Positions 1-13,735 of a DNA stretch of 64,000 nt are shown piece by piece. The DNA lies in contig OZ199840.1 of assembly GCA_964304625.1 (NCBI GenBank), positions 5,879,200 to 5,943,199 of the forward strand, written 5' to 3'. The translations under genes and the position numbers were made by a program. Below the pieces are notes generated by a model, which was not told the origin of the DNA, searched no databases, and saw nothing but the letters and a program-made list of their open reading frames with translations. Every line of letters begins with the position of its first letter. Position 1 is the stretch's first letter. The stretch is from Kudoa neothunni. Taxonomy: Eukaryota; Animalia; Cnidaria.

Positions 1-115
1 TTTTTTGGTAGAAGTTGAATTAATGTGATTTAGTTGATGAAACAATTCGCAGTTTCTAGTTTTGATTCTGTGGGTTTTATTCAGGTTGATTTTCGGGAGT
101 TGTTTCTAACTTTAG

Positions 116-1338
116 ATATCTTCAAACATTATTGGAGCGATATTGGATCATGAACAGGAAAACAGAGCTTTAAATGCCGCGCAATCTTCACCCATGTCTT
201 TTTATAAGGTATGTCATTTGGGAGAAGCATTCTTTAGTTTGATCTTGCTCTCCTCACGATTGTTTATTTTGTTATCAACACTCTTCTAGATTCTCCGTTA
301 CATGAACCAATTTAATGTTACTGAGGATGATCTGAAATATTACTTAGCGCTGTTACAAGGTGAAGATTTTAGACATGTGATAATCAAAATCGGAGATCAC
401 AAAATGGGCGACTTTTGTGTAAACATCAAAGCAATCTACCAATATTATGTGGAAAAATCGATGAATATTATAGTGTCTCAGAAGTAATTGTCGTTTTTCC
501 ACTGATAGTTTGAGTTTATAGCTCATATAATGGGGGTCAATTTTATAGGTACGGTCCCGATGCGGGTCGAATTTGCAAAAGTGTAATCCATTACAAATTC
601 TTGGATCCCAAACAGGTTGTGGTTTTTTCTCTGCTCAACGTAACCTGTTGGTCTCTCATAGATAAGTAGATTTTGTCTTCTTGATATCGGAGAAACACAG
701 TCGTTGTTACAAAAACTTTGTAAAGATCAGATTTTGAGTGTTAATGTATGTGTTTTTTCAAATCTATCCAATAAGATGGTACTGTAGTTGATCCCTAAAG
801 GCGTCGAAACCAGACCACTCAAATCTGTTTGTATTATACACACCGATATCGACAAAATAGCGTCTGTTCTAAAATCAAATTGTATCCAGGTGTCTATCAA
901 GTCGGTTGTTGTTGATTATAATTTGAATTAGTTTATTGACAATTTATTATCATTACGAAAAGAAATGCACACCAAAAACAAGTATATAATATTCGCATGG
1001 TGGAATCTATGTATACATAATCGGGGTTTCTGGATAGAGTGATAATTGAAAGGGGAGAAAAACTTAAGAAAATTGTTGAAAAACTCAAACAACAAAATGA
1101 CACCTCACTCAATACAGACTTTGACAATCTCCTTCATGATCAAAGCAACATTTTGAGCGATAATGAGAAAAAAATGTATGATCATCTACAGCTACATTTC
1201 CAAAAGTATTCTATCTTTATTGGTGTGATTGATTCTAACAGTTACCTTCTAAGGATTGATGTTACGTTGGCTAATCTCTCTCAGCAATACTTTCTTATCA
1301 AATACTACCTAAAATTAATCCAATTACAATCATCTTAA
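116..1338 (+). CDS. POLR3C: RNA polymerase III subunit RPC3/RPC62, 3' portion (multi-exon; 5' end not resolved)
   Basis: GT-AG splicing gives ...IIVSQKYGPDAGRICKSVIHYKFLDPKQISRFCLLDIGETQSLLQKLCKDQILSVNLIPKGVETRPLKSVCYYTTDIDKIASVLKSNCIQFIDNLLSLRKEMH...IIERGEKL...LLRIDVTLANLSQQYFLIKYYLKLIQLQSS*. This is colinear with the RPC62 C-terminus as recalled (VQERFGSRCARIFR...EIPK...TFYLY...LLEKSQRV). Confidence 0.75.
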
Positions 1339-4300
1339 TAGAGATTATATGTAGTTTTGGTTCTGTTCTGTAAATTATTCGCTTCATCTCACTTGATTTT
1401 TATTGGTTTCTTTATTTTTCAATTACTCCTCCCGCGTATAAAATGCTTGAATGTTGCTACATTGACCAAATTATGATCAGTTAAGAGTATTGGGGCTTGT
1501 TTCGAATTTTTTTTCTTGTACGACAAATAGTGGGCGCCATTTTAAGTTATTAAGTTTAGACTCTAACAGAGATTAAGGAAAAGTTTTTGATCAAAAATTA
1601 ATTTCTGTCAGTTAATTGCAATTATTATATTTATAATTAAGACATTATAATTAAAATTTCGGTTTGCCGTTGAATCCCCTCATTCATTTTTTAAATTTTA
1701 CTTGATGTTTTAATTGGTTAGAAATATCCACATTTTATGTTATTTCTAATTGATTATATATTTTTATTTTAACTCCTAATAGATATTTGAGAATTAACTG
1801 ATGCGCTTTTTTAACTAAATATATTTTTCCTTTAATATTACATTTGGATCAAATAATACACTTTCGTTTCTAATGTTCGATTCGAGTGTCCTAATTTTGA
1901 ATATTAAGGTCGAACGATTCTCGAAATTTTTCTGATACATCGAGAAGAAATATTTTAATGTAAAATAAATATTGGCAGCTATGAAGCCATTAAATATAAG
2001 AATGGAAAATTTCTAAAATTAGACCAAACCTCAAATCCGTCTTCAATAATATTTATATATGAATTTTGACGATTGATTTCTTAATTAATAGTTTTTTTAA
2101 AGTCTACAATATCTTTTTTCCACAATGAAAAATTCATTATCTACAATAGATTTTTATCCAAGTCTAAATTTGCGAAACATTAATTTTAATCATCTCCGTT
2201 AAATGACTTTTTAATAAGTGCAGAAACTTTATATTTGAAGTATTGAAAAATCGTATAAAAAAATAACTGATGTAATCAGCAGACAGCTGAGATTAATGAG
2301 AATAACAATAAATCTTTATCAAAAGCATTTATTCCATGTTACATTTTTCATTAAAATATTTGAAAAACCATAGTCTTACTTAAATTTTTTAGAGAAATAA
2401 ATATTGTTATTATAATTATAAAATATTTTATTTTAAATAAAGGATATAACAAGGTTTACCGATAATGTTTGAACATTAATAAAAAGTTGTGACCGATTCA
2501 TTAATTGGGCGTAGTTGGTATTAAAACTTGTATTTGAGCTGCTATAAAATCCTTTAAAGAGACCAAGTATATTTGTTTTGATACTTTTTTATTCCTAATT
2601 AGTAATGTTAAAAGGCTATTAGACATAAATAAGAATTTTTATTTAATTTTTGTCATTCCTACAAGATGCGTCCATATACTCTTGTGTAAAACTTACTTGT
2701 ATTAAAAAGTTTATTGATTAAAATATTAAATTTATTTTATTTTCATTGGCATAAATTGGGACAACCGTACGAAAATATACTTTTAACTAAATTTTAATAA
2801 TTTCAATTATTGATTGCAACAGAGTGATATTAAAATTAGTTGACTGTAAAATGATTAATTAAGTTATTTCGTAAAAATCAATTATTCCGAATCCCTTAGG
2901 CAAAGGTTCTCAATCGTTTTATTTAAATTCATCCCCTCAACATGGAACCTAAATTCATATTTACTGTGTGGTTTTAATTGGTTTAGGTATTATTTGTCAA
3001 CATCTCCCATAAGATAAACGAAGCATAAAAGGAAGACATCGATAATATTTTTATGATTAGTTATGAAATACTTATTTCCAAGAACATTTTCGTACTTTCT
3101 GCCAACATCTCAATTGAGTTTAATAATCCTGAATAATGTAACTCTTTATAAAGTTTTAATGTGCATAACAAACTGCCCATGCCAAAATTGCCCTTATTCA
3201 ATTTTAATGCCAATTAATTACCCTCTGCTATCTCAAATTTACTCACAGGGGGTAAATGCACTACTAATTGAGAATCCTTACTCTAAGGTGTATTCAATTG
3301 CATTAGAGTAGCTTGTTTGGGAGGATTCATGACCATAACGTTGACATTCTTAGGTTTGGTTTTTGATTCTCGTTGTCGTTTTTTAAATTAAGTTTTATTA
3401 TTGAGTTATTTTTTATTAATGAAAGCAGTTGTTAGAATGTAATACTAATGTTGTGGTGTTGCATTAGCAATTATAATTTGATTTATTAGGAAGGGTCGCA
3501 TTTCACATTTGAATCGTCGAAGATGTGGTAGATAGTCAAAAATTTTGCAGGCCCTACAGAACTAACGTTCTCAAACTCCTCGAGCGGGTATGATTTACTC
3601 AGGGGTAGTGATGGCCTCAACTTCAGTCAATATAATGCTTTAAATTCACACAGTATCAAAAAAGATAAGGTAAGGGATTACATGCTACTTCGCTGCGGTA
3701 AATTTACATTGTTAGTTTACCCGATCTAATTAAAAGTTGCATCAAGGGTTATACATTAAGAGTAAAAAATTAAATTTTAGAGAACCAATAAATATTCTTA
3801 TTTTTCATAATTTGATGAACTAATTGAATTATTGTCTTATATGTAAAATGAAATAATTAAATAAAATATTTCATTTTTTGGGATATTATGACTCATCAAT
3901 CACATTTTTTTCAAACATTTACTAAATACTGGAACATGTTATATAAATGGTCAAGTTTTAATTTCTATGATGTAAAAAGATAATTTTAGTATTCGAGGAA
4001 TAATATTTGTTCGTATTTTATCGTTATAAAATGATGTACATGACACTCAAATAATAATAATAATATACTAGCACCAATAATACCCTAAAAATTATTCTAA
4101 TGAATATAATCAATAATTTATGACTTTTCAAATGCAATATTTAATTTAATATCGCGCTAGAAAATACAGAAAGATTCTATGAGGATTAATATTTTCGAAA
4201 AGGTATAATCCCCCAATAATGAATAACCGACTTAATTTCTATAGATGGTGATGAATAATCTTCTAAAAATCGGATTCATAAGGGCAGCTGCTCCTTGCAA

Positions 4301-4399
4301 TAAGATATATAACGTAGCCAATCTCTAAGTATTGCTAATCCGTTCACTACCTATTTGACGCTATCCTCAACGCTTCGCCTATTTCTCTATAAATAGCAA

Positions 4400-7300
4400 A
4401 TGAATTCCTTTGTTTTGATATTTTTCATTACGAATTTATTACACGTTACTTTACAGTCTGGATGTATCATGATTAAATTGAGATATATGTTATAAGATCA
4501 ATTTTTTAGCGACATGCAATTTGAAAAAAAATTGTGATGAGTGTTTGGTAACTGAAAATTGCACGTTCTGCAAAGATGAAGTAAAATCGACATTACTCAG
4601 CACATAAACTAAACTCAATTATGCAGAACTATAATACTTTTCGATGCGATACCAAAGAAAGGCATTTGACTGTAGGTTGCAAATCTATCGAGTCTATCGA
4701 AAGTAGCGTTACAGTGGTATGCTTCTTTTGTCTCTGTGCACATTGTTTTCAGAATCTTTCTGTAACTATTTTGTTTGAAAATATAGACAAAATCAACGGA
4801 AACCATAAAAACATTAGAGCAAACTCAATTTGATATCACAACCTCTCCAGGTAATACCTAATCTCACATTGCAAGCTGAAATGAACCTTAACATTTGCTA
4901 TTTGTAGGAACACCGGCTCAAATTAAATTAGACCTCGTCAAACATTCCAACATGACCCTTGATTTCTATATATTATTGGACTCATCGTTAAGCATGAGCA
5001 AATTCAATAAACAATTCGGTGAAATGAGCCCTTTGTTAGGTAAACTAACGTTTGTTATAAGCATTGTGACCTGATGTTGCTTATAGTGGCTAAGCTTAAA
5101 AAATTGACAAATGATGTAAAAATTGGATTTTCTTCATTTGTGGACAGACCTATCGAACCCTTTATTGACAAAATTAAGTATTTACTACCAAAAGCTTAGA
5201 TCCAATAAATATATTTCATAGCAACGATAAAACCAACCAGACCAAAGCGGAATTTCTTATACGCCAATATTTTTCCCTTACCGAAGACGCTACTGTTTTC
5301 AAGGTTTATCAAGCTTTTGATGGAAAAATTATTAGATTGTTTTTCTAGAGTGCATTAACTAAAATTGTATTTCAACGAAAGTATGACAACCAAACTGCGT
5401 TATGGGATGCATTATTCCAAGTAGCTAATTGCAAGAATGAAGTAAATGAAAAATAAGAAAACTTATTCAAATGCTAATCATTATTTTAAGGTATCCTGGA
5501 GAACATCTTCTAAAAAAATTGTCCTCATAATCACTGATCAAATTCCGCGAATGCCAGGAGAAGAAATGGTGATTTTTTAAATTAATATATTTTTCAGCCA
5601 GCTACTTAAATGATTACTTTATGTTTTATTTATAATGGAACTCTTTATATCTAATATTTTAAATTTCTTTCAGTTTAATTCTAATTCTTTATTATATTAC
5701 CAATTGACTATAAACAGAAAGCAACTGTGACCATTTGTGACCACTTCTTCATATATAGGTAGCAAAAATTTTTAATAAAATAACAACAACTTGCAAACTT
5801 ACTCAAAACCAAAAATCAAGTTACCTTGAATGGGACGGAAAAGACATGTCAACACCCTCACTTAGTCAAATACGAGAGACACTAATAGAAAACGGAATTA
5901 TACCTGTTTTTGCACATTCATCGCAACATACAGAATTTTATCGTGTACTTAGGAGGTATTGGTTCAATATTTTGGTAACATGATTTAGAAAGTAGTTGAA
6001 AAGCTTGCAAATGCAGGAGCCACACAAATAGAAATGGATAAATTTGAGTTGGCTGAAGATAAAAAGACACTCGAATTTCGCATTCTTCCAACCTCACAAA
6101 TTTTAGAATCCATAATAGAAAAATATCAGGTTTCTATATTAATCACAGAAAATATTTTTAAATTTTTTAGCAAATCAGTAGAGATATTACCATCACGGAC
6201 ACATCTTCCGACAATATCAAAATAGAATATAAAGTCGTGTGCCCGTATACAATTCTCTGTACATCATCTAAATAACTAATTCTCTTCACTTAGAAATAAG
6301 ACGACCCCAAAAAATTTGGTGTGTAAAAGATTTGCTTCTGATGAACCTATGAGTTTCCATGTAACTGTCACTCCGTTAAGCTGCACTGTTTCTGAAACGT
6401 AAACTTTCTTCACTTATTATCCTTAAGTGTGATATGTATTTTAGGTTTATGGTTCTAATGCCGGGCTTTAGTTTTGCAAAAGTAAATATTAAAGCCATTT
6501 GTGGGTGCAAATGCAGCAAGCATAAAGTATTTTAATTCAAAATAATTATATTTCTTTATTTTTATGCGATGTTTTTTAAGGAGCCCAAATCTACTAAATG
6601 TACCAACGTGGGCACGTATCAATGTGGTGTTTGTGAATGCGATGAAGGAAGGTTAGAAACTAATAAATATTTTGAAAATATTACTCTATAACCTAGTAGT
6701 AAAGAAGGAAATAAGTGCCAGTGTAAAAAAGCTGCCAAAGCAGATCATAAAAAGTGTATTGCTGAGGGAACAAATTCTTTGTGCAACAATGAAGGAGACT
6801 GTGTTTGTGGACAGTGTCAATGTGTAATTTTTATATTTATACGTCATAGCATTCCAGATTAAAGTTTGATGCGATTAATATTATTAAAATCCTTTTCTTT
6901 AAATATTAAGGTAATAATAGATGTTTTCGTAAATTTACTTTTTTTACAAAACAAAAAATATATGTATGTTACTCAGTGTTAAGGAGTCAATTAGGAAAAA
7001 AAATTCAGCTCGAGAAATAAGCCAACAAATTTCTAATATTATTTATAATTGAATTAAACTGAAATTTCTTTCACTAATATTTATAACATATTTATGTAAA
7101 CTACATGTTAATAGTATTTTTTCCACAATTATAGCATTGTATCTTAATATGAATGAATTTAGCCTGACCATTGGTTAATTTATCACGAGATTCTAAGTTA
7201 AATAATAAAATAGATATAACCTTTCAGTTAAGGGAATTATTATTATAAATATATTATTTAATTTAATCGTTTAATTTTATTCATTAAACGGTTTGAAATT

Positions 7301-10062
7301 TGCTTTTTCGGTTAACAGAAATCATTGACAATTTTTAGGAGATTAAAGTAATTCCTTTATTTTTTGTAGGCAGGTTCGAAGGAATTTCCTTTTATACTTG
7401 AATTTAGTAATTATATTTAAGTTTTTTATTTAGGTAATAATATAACCTATTATGTATGCCGAACGTGATTTTTAATATGTGAAAATTTGGAATAAAGAAA
7501 AATAAATATAATTACTTTGTAAACAGACCTCGTATTCTTTCTTTCGTGTTATTTTAACATGCTCTTAAAATTAATCCGTTATTTAGAAATTATGTATTAG
7601 TTTAAAAGTTTTGTTCCTACTTTAAATTATTTCCTGCTTCTAATTTTAAAATTTTCTATATTCAATATTTAATAGAAATATATTTAATAATTTTATGAAA
7701 ATAACGTTATCAACACCATAAGAGATTTTTTATGATAAAATCTAAAGGAGGAATAATACGATAAGATATACGCTTGTAGAGAAAATTAAGTCAACAGTAT
7801 TAAAACGAAACACATTACGTTAATTTACTCATATATAAGGTGCATACACAATAGGTCGTTAAAATATATTTTAAGGATTATTGTAAGTACATAGCCTTGC
7901 GAATTACGGGACTAGCTATCTAATCCGGAATCCCCAACAATTTTAAAAATTCAGGAATTCGAGATTCTCAGGGGAAACAAATTTTGATAGCAGTTCGATT
8001 TTTCACCAAACATTTATTTTAAAATATGAAATACTATAACAGTCACGACTATGATGAGATGATCTTTCTTCGAGTGCTCCAAATGCATTTCGATTCGCTC
8101 ACCGACTTCCAAATAAGAAAGAAGTTGTGTGCCTTCTTTCACGTATGTTATATGATGGACTTGGATGCAGACTGGCTATAAAAACAGGATTATCAATTGA
8201 AAAAGTGCATATATTTGAGGAAAATGTTTATTAATTACTAATAAGAGAATTCATAAACATGTCCCAGCAGAACACAAAGTTAATCTAAGAATGTTAATTA
8301 CTTCTCAAAATGAAGGGAGAACCAATAATATAACAAATTTAAAAAAATAAAAATCCTGAAGTAGACAAATATATAAGTACGCGAATTCTAATTCTGAGAG
8401 GGTAACACTGAATTAAAATTCAGAGACATTTTTGTACAAGCACAAAAACTTTTATCTAAAAACAATATTTCCATTTTTTTTATTCATGTAAATCTCTACT
8501 TTAATATTTTGTAACAGTTAATTCAAATACAATTATATTCATTCGTATTTTTAAATGCCTGAATAATTTTTTTCTACTTTTAATTGCAGTCTACAAATTA
8601 GGTTAAATTTGAAATTAGGAAAATTTTAGTTCTATCTCTAATAAGTTAGTTATTCTTTGAAGTTTTTTGAAACATATATAAGAATTCGAAGAAAAAACCT
8701 TAAAACCTCAGACATATGGAAAGAATAATAAATTAACGAGTATCCTCACTTTTAATGAAAATATTATATGCACGGTTTTGGCAGGAGTTTTTGATCGATA
8801 TCATTATTTTAATGGTTACGAATAGATTAAAATCATAATTAAATTATAAGTGTTAAATATATAGCTGATTTATTATGTCAAATTTATCGGAAAATTATCC
8901 ATAAATAGTCAAATCATTATATAAAAATAAAAATATTCCACTGAATTTAAGTAAGTAATATAATTTAGAGGAGCAAAAGATCGGGAACACACTGCGAATG
9001 TAACGATGAAGGTTGTCCACAATTCGAAGGAAAAGTGTGTGGTGACAGAGGCAATTGTGTTTGTGGCAAGTGTGAATGCAAGCCCGGCTATACTGGTGAC
9101 AACTGCGGTGTTAAGAATTGCGAATATTTTGAAGAAGAATGTCTCGACAAAGAATTTGTAAGATTATTTCTACTATTCAATGTAAAATTTTGATGGGAAT
9201 GCGATGATCATTGTAGAAAACCTGTGGAAATCACGGCAGCTGTTTTTGTGGCATATGCAAGTGTGATCTAGGATTTGAGGGAGAATTTTGTGAAATGAAT
9301 AAGGTAATGAAGAATTATGACAAAGCATCAACTATTGTTGTTATTAAATTAAGGGTGCAAGCGAAAGTTGTGCAACGTACGAAGGATACGTGAAATCCCT
9401 CACTTTGCCATCCATCATAGCACACAAACCGTGGAGAGAGCAAGAAATCAAAAGTAATATATAGATTACTTTTAGATTATTAAATGAACTACTTAATTAA
9501 TTATTACAATAAGAATTTCTAAACTGAATGATTCATTCTAAAAGTTTAAAAATTTATTATAGCCGAAATTGCAATGAAAGAAACGTGTAACAATTGCATC
9601 TCTCATAAAATCACCAAACACTCCGGTAGAAGATATCTTTAATTACTCGCTCACCATATTTTAGATCTGGTAGGAACAAGGTGCTACATCATCGACGATG
9701 GATGTTATTTGTTGTATTCATTTGTGGTGATGGAGGAGAATGTCAAGGTGTTCTATTTTGATTTTGATGAGATGAATGATTGCAGAACCCAACTTTTGTA
9801 TGGTTCCGCGACAGGCATCACCATTCTAGTTGTTATATTCGTTGGCTGTGGTGTTATTGTGAGTTATAAATTGGGTTTACTGATCTACGATAAAATTGCC
9901 TACTACAAATTCCTTCGAGAAAATAATACGGATAAATGTGCTGAAGTAAATCACCAGAGACCCTCATAATGTGATTGTTTAATGCTATTCTAGGCAAATA
10001 ACCCACTTTATAAAAGTGCCGAGGTTGTACTTGATAATCCAGTCTACAATAAACACCTTTAA
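4400..10062 (+). CDS. Integrin beta subunit (multi-exon)
   Basis: Signal peptide [20 protein letters not shown]; PSI cysteines ([19 protein letters not shown]); betaI domain ([59 protein letters not shown]); four I-EGF repeats (CxCGxCxC); TM helix; tail with NPLY and NPVY. One ~2.1 kb intron at about 6824-8967. Confidence 0.93.
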
Positions 10063-11248
10063 TCTAGTAATGGTACTCAACAAGAATACCCCTAGTTGAT
10101 CTTATTATTCTATGATTTTTTATTAATGACTGAATATTGATGCGGCTTTTGCGTATATATAGCAAATAAAATGCAACAATTATAATTTTTTCTCATTATT
10201 CAAAGTACGCATTGTTTAATTATCCTAAATTTTATATATTCTCATCATAAAACAAATTTGACTTTAATTTCTAAGATGAAAATTTGAAATTTTTTAAGTC
10301 ATGCAATATTATTTTTCAAATGATACCTAACTATTTAATAACTTTATACTCATATTATTGAAATAATTAAATTAATGTGGAAGTAGAGTTTCGCATCAAT
10401 AAAACTGGTTAGAAATTCATTTAAGTTAATCTGATAACTTTATATCAACTCAACATATTAGCGCTCTGTTGATCGGTTGGAGTTTATCGCAAGGTCACCA
10501 AAGTATGGTCGTCCGTGTTCTCATTAAACCCGATTGCGCTTACACACACGTAACTGTATCGTTCCGCTTTATGACTATCAATACATTATTTTACTAGATG
10601 AGTGTTAATTAAATCTCCTCATTAAATTTTTTATGTATTATTTTATTTAATTAAAATAAAAGGGAAAATCGGCGTGTTAATATAGCAAGATTCCGAATTT
10701 AAAACATACTAATCATTAGGATACACGCTTCAAGCTTTGTTCGATTCCCATATTTCTAATGATTTTTAATTATTTATATTAATAGTATAAATTAATTGGA
10801 TTTATTAACTCTGATTTTTAATCAGGTTCAGTTTAATTGATTTGATACTAGAAATTTAAAATAGTAAAACAATAACTGCCGTTACAATGATATTTTCTAG
10901 CACCATATACATCAGTTTACAAAATAATGTGCTTTTATCCAAATTGGGATTAGAAAAAAATATACAAATTTAAAACTCGGCAAATGAACACCTTGATACC
11001 CTCTACAAAATTTGAGTGCGATTAAATTAATAATCCATGAATTTTATAATCAAAAAAATTGTAAATCTTCATCAAAACAAACAATATAACCAATATCACG
11101 ATTTTTTTAGTTATATAGAAGGTAGCAGGTCGTTTGGAATCTCATTGGAGTCTCAAAAATGGAATGCACTAATCCTGCTACAGGAATTAATACTTTGTCG
11201 GATAAACATCTTAACGCATTGTTTATGATTAGAATCACTCATTTAGTA

Positions 11249-11439
11249 CGAGGGTGGGTTAAACTTTTATAAGGCATGATCAATTTTATGTTTCACATTA
11301 AAACACAAATTCATATTTTGGTATATTTATTATTTCAATTCTTATAATTGTAGTTTTTTCAAACGAAAATTAATCTTGCCCCCGAAACTTATGAAAATCA
11401 AAAATACAACCAGCCATTCAAAACCTTTGGTGACCCTCG
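11249..11439. mobile_element. Short mariner-like MITE remnant
   Basis: TA-CGAGGGT ... ACCCTCG inverted ends typical of mariner TIRs; no coding capacity; right TA not intact. Confidence 0.4.
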
Positions 11440-11447
11440 TTTTATAT

Positions 11448-11571
11448 CAGGGCTTTCTAACTGGGGATGCGATATCCCTCAAAGTTGAAAATAATTTTTG
11501 AAAAATTTTGAGTCATTTACACCATATCATATGCAAAGGGGTGCAAGTCCAGTTTTAGTTAAGAAGCGCCG
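11448..11571. mobile_element. hAT (Buster/Charlie-type) MITE
   Basis: Imperfect TIRs CAGGGCTTTCTAACT / CGGCGCTTCTTAACT, flanked by a perfect 8-bp TSD TTTTATAT (11440-11447 and 11572-11579) with central TA. Confidence 0.75.
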
Positions 11572-13735
11572 TTTTATATCAATGTTGCGCATGCGCTATG
11601 TAATAATTTATATTGTTTTTGATTATTATTTATCCAATATTTGTTCGATGGAATTTTTTTGATATTTCGAATAATTTTAAAAAGAGAAATTTTGGATAGC
11701 TATCTACCCGAATTTTATTTCGAGGGTATTTTTACATTAACTTTTTTCATATATGATAAAAAAATTCCATTCGTTTTTAGCAAGCTTTCATTAAAACAGA
11801 AAATTATAAAAACTTGATAGTAATTATATTGTTGACAAAATTCACTTCGGGTAGAATTCTACCCCATTCCTCTTAATTGGTTAAATGCAAATTATGCTGA
11901 CGTTTCGAAATCGATGATATCGTATTGTGGGATTTTAATTCCAATTTTCTCCTTCAATATTTGGCACATGACTTCAAAATATTTCGTTATTTTTTCACTC
12001 ATCAACATATAATTTAGGGGGAAATGTTTGTAAAACAGTTTCCCATATATTACGTAAAGCTGGTAAAAACAATTAGGGGTCTTTTAAAAGTACCGGCTAT
12101 AGTCTTAATTGAATATGTTTTTTAGTTGCAGTAAGTTTGTCTTCGGTTTTAACATGATCATTTTTGAGAGAAATTTTCTGAGTCGTACAGACGAAAATCT
12201 TTCTCTCTAAGTCTATCTATTTTTAATTTTGTAATATCAATATATGAATTAATATTCATATTATCCTACTCAAGAACCTCGCGGATATTTTTCTGAATAG
12301 ATTTTTTAAACAATAATGATATCATGTATATTTAAATTAGATACCATTGATGAATGTACTTCGTTTGTCGCATATTTAATGTGTTAGGCACAACATCTCA
12401 TTTTAATGTCAGAAATGGTATGTTTCAATGTAGTTATCGGTAACAATATGACTGTGTTTTGTTATTTCTTCAGCGAATGAAAAATTGCGCCTAAGTGTAG
12501 TAATCAGCCAGCCTTTCTAGGTTCCAATCTTTGCATTTTCAGAATAATTATTGTTTTGGGTGGCATTAAGTAAAAGTATTCAATGAATAATTTTTTTGAC
12601 TCATTCGTTGAATATAGAGTAAAGAATACCTTGATTTACCTGAATTTTGTTCTCCGTTCATTTTTCCAACATTATAAGAAGCCCCAAGTAATTGTCATAT
12701 CACCCTATTACCCTGATTTTACTGTAGAATTATTATTAATAATACAATTCAGTATAAATTAATTCAATCTACGTATTAGAACAAGACCAATGAGATGTTA
12801 TTGCGGAGAGTGGCAAATATGGCCGCATTTTTCTTGTTACAAGCAAAATTTCACGATTTTTGGCATCTACCTAAAATCCAGAAGATAGAACCATTTAAAA
12901 TGAATAGGTTCAGCGAATCCACAATATTTATAATATTGTGATCTAAGAATCTTTGACTAATCTAATCTCCATTTTGCTACCTGCTGAGTATTTAGTGAAA
13001 ATCAATTTTATTATCAAAAAAATGAATTGAGAATAAACATTAATATTTTTCCCTATATCTCCCACCAAAAATTGTATGTAATATTTAGCTATAATTACAC
13101 AAATAACAACCAAATGACTTGCTTGGTTACGATAGATTTAAAGTCCGAAAAAATAAAAAAAAATTAAAGTTCTATTTAGTAAGCCAACGAAACTGCAGCA
13201 TAATGTGAGTCTTAGATTATATTGCTCTTCAATAGCAAGAACTCTATTTTCAATCAAAAAAGGTTTTTAATATTTTGATTTTCGAACTAAAAATCATTTA
13301 ATCCACATGTTGCAAATAAAAACACAAAAATGTTCATTTTCTAAAGGGCAATCGTAAAACAAGGATTAAATCATAAATAAACCACAACGTTGAAATTCTA
13401 GCGCTCATACTTTCTAAAATCGATGGAGTAAATAATCCAACACAACATCTGTTAAAAATAGTTTTCTACTCGAAATTTAAGATATTTAAATTAATTAGGA
13501 ATAGCCATTAAATCTCTAAATAACTAATATGTACATTAATATGTTTCGCATCCACAGCTACGATAACATAAATTTATCACACAGTTGGAAAAATTGAAAA
13601 TATTACAAAAACACAAATTTAAGCCATTATAAGCTTTTAAAGTCTACACAAATAACGATAAGTTTCAATAAGGTTTAAGCATGCGCCAACGACTTTATAC
13701 GTTGATAATCGGTTACACGAGGTTTGACGTACACA

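Noticed and set aside
3419-3730. ATG and exon-like GC-richer segment upstream of the integrin
   Set aside because: No consistent spliced reading frame or recognisable homology; the integrin signal peptide starts at 4400.
7900-8200. Possible hAT transposase remnant in the long integrin intron
   Set aside because: Only vague motif similarity, with no continuous frame or TIR pair.
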